Assembly (NCBI RefSeq): GCF_000023965.1
Contig: NC_013202.1
Span: 1,950,001 to 1,982,000, forward strand
Direction: 5' to 3'
From: Halomicrobium mukohataei DSM 12286
GTDB taxonomy: Archaea > Halobacteriota > Halobacteria > Halobacteriales > Haloarculaceae
Length of the DNA: 32,000 nucleotides
Shown here: in pieces, positions 1 to 10,569 of the stretch
Layout: each line of letters opens with the position of its first letter
Numbering within the stretch: the first letter of the stretch is position 1
Notes under the pieces: model-generated
What the model was told of the DNA's origin: nothing
Databases searched by the model: none
Seen by the model: only the letters and a program-made list of their open reading frames with translations
Made by a program: the position numbers and the translations under genes

Positions 1-444
1 AACCAGGGGAGCGGCCGCCTCCGAACACCGATCGTCGCCACAGGCGGGGCTGCCGCTATCAACGTCGTCCTCAACGCGGCACTGATCCCGGCCTACGGAA
101 TGATCGGCGCTGCGGCTGCCACCAGCGTCGGCTACGGTTCGATGTTCGCCTTCCACGTCGCCTGCGCGCGGCATCTGGGGTATCGACCGCTGGCCGATCT
201 CCGGTTCCCGTCGCTGGTCGGGACCGCGGTCGTCGCCGCTCCCGTCATCTACGCCGTCGACGCCGTTCTCGTCGGCGACTACCTCTCTCTCGCGGTGGTC
301 CCGGTCGCCGGTGCAGTCGTCTACACGATCGTCGCCGTGGCGTTCGGTGCGGTGACCGTCGACGAACTCCGGTCGGTCACCGGCGCGTTGCCCGCACCGG
401 TCGGTCCTCGTCTCCGAGCGCTCTTGCCTGGGTCCGACCGCTGA
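1..444 (+). CDS. C-terminal part of a polytopic membrane protein, MOP/Wzx-type polysaccharide (oligosaccharide) flippase family; the 5' end lies outside the window
   Basis: Frame +1 is open from base 1 to TGA at 442-444. The translation (..AAAINVVLNAALIPAYGMIGAAAATSVGYGSMFAFHVACARHLGYRP.. followed by more hydrophobic helices) matches the usual C-terminal helix pattern of Wzx/MurJ-like flippases. GC3 is high. Confidence 0.6.
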   Translation, partial: NQGSGRLRTPIVATGGAAAINVVLNAALIPAYGMIGAAAATSVGYGSMFAFHVACARHLGYRPLADLRFPSLVGTAVVAAPVIYAVDAVLVGDYLSLAVVPVAGAVVYTIVAVAFGAVTVDELRSVTGALPAPVGPRLRALLPGSDR

Positions 445-1172
445 CGTGTCGCGTCACCCGGCGAATTTATTCTCCACCTATAAATGAAGAAATGTATACT
501 GGTAGCTCGTACCATCAACAGGGTGTGACGTTCGACCGACCGCCGCGACGTATCAGACCTCCAGTTTCGTCTGGAAATATATCGAACACAACAGCCGCCA
601 CCCTCAATACGTTTCCGGTGTCGTACCGCCGATCGAGAGGGTCTGGTGCCGTTCGCTACGCGATCGCCTCGACGGTGACGATGTGATCGTCGACGCTGGT
701 ACCCTCACTCTTCGACTGTCTCGTGGCCCCACGCGAGATCGCACTGTTCGGTCGTGGCGTCGTCTCGCTCCGGACGCGCCCGCGCAATCTCGACGTGTAC
801 CGGAGGTCGGACCGATGTCACACGATCCGGTCCGCGGATTCGAGCATATCAGCGAGAGACGACTACCCAATTTCGATACTGCATCTCAAACCGGTGGTTC
901 GTTTCTCGCGCGAACAAGTGTACGCAGCCATATACGTTCTCCACGGGCCGATGCTTCCGGCCGGTCGCCGCCCGCAGCTCTCCCGAACGTATCACTCTCA
1001 GTATACCGTTCCCGACCCGCGGTTTCCTCGCCCGCTCTCGATAGTGCTATCACTGGTACCACCGTTATTTCCTCCTCGTGAACACCTGTGCCAGCTCCCG
1101 GATAGCGACCAATCAGTTTCGAAAGAGTTTCTCCCCGACCGCGACAGTCCTTACATCTGTCATACCAGAATC

Positions 1173-1180
1173 TACAAATA
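1173..1180 (+). promoter_or_regulatory. TATA-like box (TACAAATA) for the SMC-like gene
   Basis: AT-rich octamer centred about 27 nt upstream of ATG 1203, which fits a leaderless haloarchaeal transcript. Confidence 0.45.
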
Positions 1181-1202
1181 GGAGCGCGCCGTGGCCCGTC
1201 AC

Positions 1203-3146
1203 ATGAACTCCGGAACGCTAACCGTCGAGAATATCGGCGGCATCGAGCACACGACAGCAGAGATACCGCCCGGCGTCACCGTCCTCGCGAGCCCGAACGC
1301 CTCGAACAAGACCTCGTTTCTCCGATCGGTGATGGCCGCGCTCGGTAGCGATCAGGTCTCGCTCAAGGGCGACGCAGACGAGGGGTCGGTGAGCCTCGAA
1401 CTCGACGGGACGACGTACGAACGGACGTTCGAACGAACGGGTGCGACCGTCCGCTCGGACGGCACTCCCTACCTCGACGACTCTGCCGTCGCAGATCTCT
1501 TTGCCTTCCTGTTGAAGTCCAACGAGGCCAGGCGTGCCGTCCAGTCGACCGTCGACCTGCGGGAACTCATCATGCGACCGGTCGACACCGAAGCGATCCA
1601 GTCCGAGATCGAGCGTTGTCAGCGCGAACGCGATCACATCGACGAACAACTGGACGAGATCGACTCGCTCAAGCAGCGACTTCCCGACCTCGAAGAGCAA
1701 AAGCGCGAGCTGCAAAACGAGGTCGAGGCGAAGCGTTCGGAACTGGAGTCACTCGAAACGGAGATCGAGGAGGCCGACGCTTCCGTCGAAAGCCAGCGCG
1801 AGGAACGCGACGAACTCGAAACGGCGCTGGAAGAGCTTCGAGACGTTCGCTCGACACTCGAAGACGTTCGCTACGAGATCGAGGCAAAGCGCAAGCGCCA
1901 CTCCTCGCTCAAGGAGGAGCGAAACGAGCTCGAAACCGAGATCGACGAACTGGCCGACGTGCCCGAAGACGAACTGGCCAACATCGAGGGCCACGTCGAC
2001 GACCTTCGCTCCCGGAAGCAGCAACTCGACGCCGAAATAAGCGAACTCCAGAAGACGATCCAGTTCAACGAGAAGATGATCGACGAGGCGACGAGCGGGA
2101 GCCACCCGGCCGTCGACATCGCGACCGACGGCGGGGACGGTGCCACCGTGACCGACCAACTACTCGATCAGCGACAGGAGACTGTCTGTTGGACCTGTGG
2201 CTCGGAGGTCGAGATCGACCAGATCGAGGACACCGTCGCCAACCTCCGTGACGTACGCCGCGAGAAGCTCGATACGATCGACGACATCGAGTCGGAACTC
2301 GACGAGTACAAGCGCCAGAAGAAGTCCTACGAGTCCCAGCAACGCGAACGCGACCAGGCACAGCGCCGCCTCGCGCGCGTAGAGAACGATATCGAGTCCA
2401 CCGAGAGCGCGCTCGAACGACTGACCGAACGCAAAGACGAACTCACTGACGAGGTCGAAGACCTCGAAGCCCGCGTCGAGGACCTCGAATCCGGCAGCTA
2501 CGACGAAGTCCTGGAACTCCACCGGACCGCCAACGACATGGAGTACGAACTCGGGCGACTGGAGACCGAACGCGACGAAGTCGAGAGCGAGATCGCGGAC
2601 ATCGAGTCCCGCGTCGCCGAGGCAGACGACCTGCGCGCACAGCGCGAGCAACTCCAGGCGGAACTGACGGACCTCCGCACTCGCATCGACCAGATCGAGG
2701 CCGACGCCGTCGAGCAGTTCAACGACCACATGGAACAGCTCCTCGGTATCCTCGACTACGACAACATCGAACGGATCTGGATCGAGATCGTCGAGGAGGA
2801 GGTTAGAAAGGGACGACGCAAGACCACCGAACGGACCTTCGAACTCCACGTCATCCGTAGCAGCGACAGCGGCGTCGCCTACGAAGACACCGTCGACCAC
2901 CTCAGCGACTCCGAGCGGGAGGTGACCGGACTGGTGTTCGCTCTGGCCGGCTATCTGGTCCACGACGTTCACGAGGACGTGCCAGTGATGATCATGGACG
3001 CGCTCGAACCGATCGACTCCGAGCGCATCGCCGCACTCGTCGAGTACTTCGAATCGTACGTCGACTATCTCGTCGTCGCGCTGCTGCCCGAAGACGCCGA
3101 CGCGCTGGAGATCGACCACCACCGAATCACCGATATCGGCGCGTAA
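1203..3146 (+). CDS. Archaeal SMC/Rad50-like coiled-coil ATPase-family protein (Sph-type SMC-related protein)
   Basis: ORF 1191-3146; ATG 1203 is preferred over GTG 1191 because of TATA spacing. N-terminal head with a P-loop-like LASPNASNKTS (1287-1316). About 450 aa of Glu/Arg/Leu-rich heptad-like sequence, interrupted by CWTC (2187-2198). C-terminal head with an ABC-signature-like LSDSE (2901-2915) and a Walker-B-like VMIMDALEP (2985-3011). Confidence 0.85.
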   Translation: MNSGTLTVENIGGIEHTTAEIPPGVTVLASPNASNKTSFLRSVMAALGSDQVSLKGDADEGSVSLELDGTTYERTFERTGATVRSDGTPYLDDSAVADLFAFLLKSNEARRAVQSTVDLRELIMRPVDTEAIQSEIERCQRERDHIDEQLDEIDSLKQRLPDLEEQKRELQNEVEAKRSELESLETEIEEADASVESQREERDELETALEELRDVRSTLEDVRYEIEAKRKRHSSLKEERNELETEIDELADVPEDELANIEGHVDDLRSRKQQLDAEISELQKTIQFNEKMIDEATSGSHPAVDIATDGGDGATVTDQLLDQRQETVCWTCGSEVEIDQIEDTVANLRDVRREKLDTIDDIESELDEYKRQKKSYESQQRERDQAQRRLARVENDIESTESALERLTERKDELTDEVEDLEARVEDLESGSYDEVLELHRTANDMEYELGRLETERDEVESEIADIESRVAEADDLRAQREQLQAELTDLRTRIDQIEADAVEQFNDHMEQLLGILDYDNIERIWIEIVEEEVRKGRRKTTERTFELHVIRSSDSGVAYEDTVDHLSDSEREVTGLVFALAGYLVHDVHEDVPVMIMDALEPIDSERIAALVEYFESYVDYLVVALLPEDADALEIDHHRITDIGA

Positions 3147-3200
3147 CGACCGCTGGCGGCTTTCGAACGCTCTCCGACACGATCGCTTGGACTGGTAGTG

Positions 3201-3809
3201 TTAGCTCTCCTCGCTCTCACACTCGCAACCACCCTCGTCGAGCAACGACGCCACGGTCTTCTGTGTCTCGCAGTCCCGACAGTACACCTGGAAGTCGATG
3301 ATGAGCCGGAAGTCGCCCAGCGAGATCCGGCCGGTGTCGCGCAGCCGCGTCAGCTTCTCTTCGGTGACTGATGTCGCCCGACTGACGAGGCGCTGGATCG
3401 TCGTCTTTTGCTTCTCGATGTGTTCTTCGTCGCTCGGCGTCTCGTACTCCGCGTCACGGACGTCTTTGACGTAGGATCTGATCGCCTGGTACGTGACGAA
3501 GTCGCTCTGTAGCTGCTCGACGTCGACGCCCTCCCGTTCGAGCCGCGTCTCGATGGTTGCACGGTCTGTCTCGGCGTCGTCGTTCGCCAGCGCCTCGTAG
3601 ATCGCCTTCCCGTCGCTGTCGAAGTGCGTGACGCCCTCACTCTCCAGTCGCGCGTCGACCAGCGCGACGTTGAACTCGGTCGCGAGCTGGCGGAGGCTCT
3701 TCCGATCGTCGCCCTCGGCCGTCCAGCTGGCGACGAGTTCGTCTCCCAGGCCATCCAGCCCGTACTCGTCCAGCAATCGTTCGACTTTGCTTCGCCGCTG
3801 TCTGTTCAT
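3201..3809 (-). CDS. Conserved acidic haloarchaeal protein with a C-terminal Cys4 cluster; possible rod-determining factor RdfA-like protein, judged from synteny with the SMC-like gene
   Basis: ORF 3201-3821. The 3821 codon is TTG, so ATG 3809 (MNRQRRSKVERLLDEYGL..) is preferred and fits TATA spacing. Acidic composition and high GC3. The C-terminus reads YCRDCETQKTVASLLDEGGCECESEES (Cys codons within 3219-3281). The RdfA assignment rests on recollected synteny only. Confidence 0.7.
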   Translation of the reverse strand: MNRQRRSKVERLLDEYGLDGLGDELVASWTAEGDDRKSLRQLATEFNVALVDARLESEGVTHFDSDGKAIYEALANDDAETDRATIETRLEREGVDVEQLQSDFVTYQAIRSYVKDVRDAEYETPSDEEHIEKQKTTIQRLVSRATSVTEEKLTRLRDTGRISLGDFRLIIDFQVYCRDCETQKTVASLLDEGGCECESEES

Positions 3810-3833
3810 ATGTGGTTCCAACGCGCTCCCGGG

Positions 3834-3843
3834 TTATGTAAAT
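3834..3843 (-). promoter_or_regulatory. TATA-like box (TTTACATAA on the minus strand) for the Cys4 (RdfA-like) gene
   Basis: AT-rich box centred about 27-29 nt upstream of ATG 3809. Confidence 0.4.
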
Positions 3844-3873
3844 TGCTTCCGGCTTCTACACTGGCCGTCCGCT

Positions 3874-3913
3874 GCAGTGAAATAACGTGGGTATCGGCGT
3901 TACGTTTCACTGC
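3874..3913. promoter_or_regulatory. Long imperfect inverted repeat (14-bp arms, one 2-nt bulge, 10-nt spacer): candidate operator or structured element
   Basis: GCAGTGAAATAACG (3874-3887) pairs with CGTTACGTTTCACTGC (3898-3913). It lies 30-70 bp upstream of the putative TATA box of the 3201-3809 gene. Confidence 0.4.
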
Positions 3914-3989
3914 GTCCCAGCGTGACTGTCGGGTGCTGCCACAGCCACAGTTCGAGCCTGGCCCACTCGTGCCCACCTTCACTGAACAT

Positions 3990-4165
3990 CTGGGATGTGT
4001 GTAGATAGATGGCACTATAAGGTAGTACTGCTTCAATATGCACTCTTTTGTAGATATTCACATCTATATTTGGGGAATTTGACTAAGCAATTCTGGCTAC
4101 GATATTCTAACTGGAATATTGGAACGTAGAAGGATGCCTTCTATACAAACATCTAGTTATATGGG
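3990..4165. other. AT-rich island (about 35% GC) with short inverted repeats, upstream of the rRNA operon
   Basis: Sharp compositional drop relative to the flanks. Contains TAGAT-ATTCAC-ATCTA (about 4051-4066), ATATTC-TAACTG-GAATAT (about 4102-4119), and several CTATA/TAGAT motifs. Confidence 0.6.
4157..4162 (+). promoter_or_regulatory. Distal candidate rRNA promoter TATA box (TTATAT)
   Basis: agTTATATGggtg resembles the two downstream boxes. It sits at the edge of the AT-rich island, about 670 nt upstream of 16S. Confidence 0.3.
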
Positions 4166-4447
4166 TGCACCTTGATCGGGGGTTCCGGAGCCGTGGGACT
4201 GCCTTCCTGTCTGTAACTTGGCCATTCTGTGGTCGTCGTCTCCGCTGCAAGACTCACACTGTTGGCCGTCATCGCTACAGGGTACTCGCTCCCTCGAAGG
4301 CGACGACGTCTCACGCAGACAGCCGGCTGTCCGTGTCGGGTCGATCGTCTGGCTGCCTGCTGTCACTGTGGTCGCCGTGTGCCCGTGATGCAGCCGCTGT
4401 CGTTCGGGGAGTTCTAGGGTCGATTCTGACCGTCGGTTCTGCCTCGC

Positions 4448-4453
4448 TTATAT
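4448..4453 (+). promoter_or_regulatory. Candidate rRNA operon promoter TATA box (cgcTTATATCCCCTC)
   Basis: TTATAT followed by a C-rich tract. It shares this pattern with the box at 4536, and no coding ORF lies downstream before 16S. Confidence 0.45.
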
Positions 4454-4535
4454 CCCCTCGTTCAGTTACATCACGGTGACGACCACCACACGTGAGCCGT
4501 GTGCTGTTATCACAGGGCCGCTTCGAGACGTGCGA

Positions 4536-4543
4536 TTTATATG
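4536..4543 (+). promoter_or_regulatory. Candidate proximal rRNA operon promoter TATA box (cgaTTTATATGtaCCCCTCC)
   Basis: Strong TATA-like octamer. TACGAAGG at 4565-4572 lies about 27 nt downstream, where a transcription start would be expected. It is about 290 nt upstream of 16S. Confidence 0.55.
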
Positions 4544-4736
4544 TACCCCTCCCATCGGGTGTAATACGAAGGTCGCGCCGGGTCGCCCGGCAAGGCCGGG
4601 CCGGCAAACCGCCGTGGTTCGTCGGCCACGAAGAGTGAGAGTGTGCCCACCTCGACGCCTCGCGGTGAGTGGCCCTCTCGCGAAGTATGAGGATCCCACC
4701 CCTGCGGTCCGCCGTCAAGATGGGATCTGATGTGAG

Positions 4737-4794
4737 CCCTGACGGACCCAACACGATGTAGCTGGGGAGGGATACCCCAGCGTTTGCTTCCGAC
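4737..4794 (+). other. 5' strand of the 16S rRNA processing stem
   Basis: CCCTGACGG(A)CCCAACACG (4737-4755) is complementary to CGTGTTGGGCCGTCAGGG (6384-6401). CTTCCGAC (4787-4794) is complementary to GTCGGAAG (6374-6381). Confidence 0.8.
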
Positions 4795-4830
4795 GGAGTG
4801 ACACCTTTCCGCCGCTGACTATGTCAGCAC

Positions 4831-6302
<1,472 letters not shown>

Positions 6303-6373
6303 ACTGAACGGGACCAGGCCGACGTGCCTGGCCCACCTGCTGTTACCGTTGGTCGAGCGCGACCAACAATTTG

Positions 6374-6401
6374 GTCGGAAGACCGTGTTGGGCCGTCAGG
6401 G
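6374..6401 (+). other. 3' strand of the 16S rRNA processing stem
   Basis: Complementary to 4737-4755 and 4787-4794 (see the 5' strand feature). Confidence 0.8.
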
Positions 6402-6466
6402 CTCACAAGACCTATCCGAGGCGGATCTTCCTTCGGGGAGGCCGGGTGCAACTCCCGGCGGGTCCG
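6399..6466 (+). pseudogene. tRNA-Ala-like relic or tRNA-like processing element in the 16S-23S spacer, with no anticodon loop
   Basis: Acceptor stem GGGCTCA (6399-6405) / CGGGTCC (6459-6465) has 6 of 7 pairs, including a G3:U70 wobble. T arm is CCGGG-TGCAACT-CCCGG (6442-6458). The anticodon-arm position holds CTTCC-TTCG-GGGAG (6427-6440), a tetraloop hairpin. The D arm is degenerate and the variable region is 1 nt. Confidence 0.4.
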
Positions 6467-6609
6467 TACCTCGTAGCAGCTCCGAACCGAGCCCCTTAAG
6501 TGTGGGACGGCGCTCGGATCTGGTACGAAGACCAGTGCACTACTCCGTGCAAGCGTGGGTAGGAAGGGTCGATGTACAGACCGGGTCGCACCGGCTGTAC
6601 TGATGACAC

Positions 6610-6665
6610 CGCGTGTACGTGCGATCCAGGCGTCCACTGGACTCGTGCAATTTCATCGAGTCACA
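6610..6665 (+). other. 5' strand of the 23S rRNA processing stem
   Basis: CGCGTGTACGTGCGATCC..CTGGACTCGTGCAA (6610-6650) and GAGTCACA (6658-6665) are complementary to 9614-9654 and 9600-9607. The central region is unpaired. Confidence 0.8.
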
Positions 6666-6678
6666 ACCAAATTTGACG

Positions 6679-9588
<2,910 letters not shown>

Positions 9589-9599
9589 ACTCATTGCAC

Positions 9600-9654
9600 T
9601 GTGACTCATTGCGTTGCACGAGTCCAGGCGTTCACTGGATCGCACGTAGACGCG
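9600..9654 (+). other. 3' strand of the 23S rRNA processing stem
   Basis: Complementary to 6610-6665 (see the 5' strand feature). Confidence 0.8.
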
Positions 9655-9658
9655 GAGA

Positions 9659-9698
9659 CCGAGACAGGTATCCTCGTGGTTCGATTCCACGACTCGGC
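9659..9698 (+). ncRNA. tRNA-like minihelix (acceptor-like stem plus canonical T arm) immediately 5' of 5S rRNA
   Basis: CCGAG (9659-9663) pairs with CTCGG (9693-9697). The T arm CGTGG-TTCGATT-CCACG (9675-9691) has a canonical TTCGATT loop. A single discriminator-like nt (9698) precedes the 5S start. Confidence 0.5.
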
Positions 9699-9822
9699 GT
9701 AAAGGCGGCCATAGCGGCAGGGAAACACCCGTACCCATCCCGAACACGGACGTTAAGCCTGCCAGCGTTGCGGTGAGTACTGGGGTGTGCGAACCCCTGG
9801 GAAAGCCGGTTCGCCGCCTGCC
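9699..9822 (+). rRNA. 5S ribosomal RNA (about 122 nt; ends +/- 2 nt)
   Basis: AAAGGCGGCCATAGCGG..CCCGTACCCATCCCGAACACGGA..AGTACTGG..GGGAAAGCCGGTTCGCCGCCTGCC. Helix I is AGGCGGC / GCCGCCT. Confidence 0.93.
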
Positions 9823-9836
9823 ATTCATACTACAGA

Positions 9837-9867
9837 GCCCGCAGCCATCGTGGCTGTGGGCTTTTTT
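9837..9867 (+). terminator. rRNA operon terminator: 11-bp hairpin followed by T6
   Basis: GCCCGCAGCCA-TCG-TGGCTGTGGGC (9837-9861), then TTTTTT (9862-9867), 15 nt after 5S. Confidence 0.7.
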
Positions 9868-9947
9868 CATGTCGATCGACAGCGGCAGTGCTCCCTCCGA
9901 GCGGCCGCTGTGGCAAGCGTTTTTCCCCTCGCCCGCGTGTTGATCGT

Positions 9948-10190
9948 ATGAACACCGACGAGATCGAGCGACTCATCGAGGCCGGGATCGACGACGCAGA
10001 CGCGACAGTGACGATATCGCACGGGACTGCGGAAGACGACCATTACGCGGCGCGAGTCGTCGCTCCGGCTTTCGAAGGCGAGTCTCTCGTCGACCGTCAC
10101 CAGCGGGTGTACGACGCCCTCGATGGGCACATGACGACGGACATTCACGCGATCGAAATCGAGACGTACGCGCCCGGCGAGGCGGACTAG
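9948..10190 (+). CDS. BolA family protein
   Basis: ORF 9888-10190. ATG 9948 (MNTDEIERLIEAGI..) is preferred. Contains ..HYAARVVAPAFEGESLVDRHQRVYDAL.., typical of BolA. A T-rich box at 9918-9926 sits about 27 nt upstream. Confidence 0.85.
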   Translation: MNTDEIERLIEAGIDDADATVTISHGTAEDDHYAARVVAPAFEGESLVDRHQRVYDALDGHMTTDIHAIEIETYAPGEAD

Positions 10191-10227
10191 CACAAGCCAT
10201 TTGCGCACGGAGGGCGAGGACACGCGT

Positions 10228-10569
10228 ATGACGTTCAATCCGAACGAGGGGCTACCACAGGATGAGGTCACGGAGCGCGTCGACGAGGCGATCGAGAGCA
10301 ACGAGGTCGTCCTGTTCATGAAGGGAACAGAGATGATGCCTCAGTGTGGTTACTCGGACAAGGCACTCACGCTGATCGGGCAGTGTCGCGACGACTTCGA
10401 GACGGTCGACGTACTCGAGTCACTCGACGAGTACCGGGTAGCATTGGAAGAACACAGTGGGCGTGAGACGATTCCACAGACGTTCGTCGACGGGGAGTTC
10501 GTCGGCGGCAGCGATATCTTAGAGCAGTACGCCGAACGGGGCGAACTCGAGGCGACGCTCCTGGCCTAG
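10228..10569 (+). CDS. Monothiol glutaredoxin (Grx4/Grx5 family) with a CGYS active-site variant
   Basis: ORF 10201-10569; ATG at 10228. Contains VVLFMKGT..PQCGYSDKA..ETIPQTFVDGEFVGGSDIL. Lies adjacent to BolA. Confidence 0.88.
   Translation: MTFNPNEGLPQDEVTERVDEAIESNEVVLFMKGTEMMPQCGYSDKALTLIGQCRDDFETVDVLESLDEYRVALEEHSGRETIPQTFVDGEFVGGSDILEQYAERGELEATLLA

Noticed and set aside
1218-3122. Many ORFs in other frames of the SMC-like gene (for example 2160-3122 on -, 1616-2251 on +).
   Set aside because: The repetitive GA-rich coiled-coil coding sequence leaves other frames open. The products are low-complexity Arg- or Val/Leu-rich strings.
3990-4165. The AT-rich island as a replication origin (DUE).
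   Set aside because: There is no adjacent orc1/cdc6 gene, and I could find no ORB-like long repeats with G-strings flanking it. Its position directly upstream of rRNA promoters offers a simpler explanation.
4157-4366. 69-aa minus-strand ORF with four Cys (..PCSDDGQQCESCSGDDDH..) in the rRNA leader region.
   Set aside because: GC3 is only about 65% against over 85% in real genes here. There is no TATA-like box upstream, no recognisable zinc-finger spacing, and it overlaps equally long ORFs in other frames. I cannot support it without conservation data.
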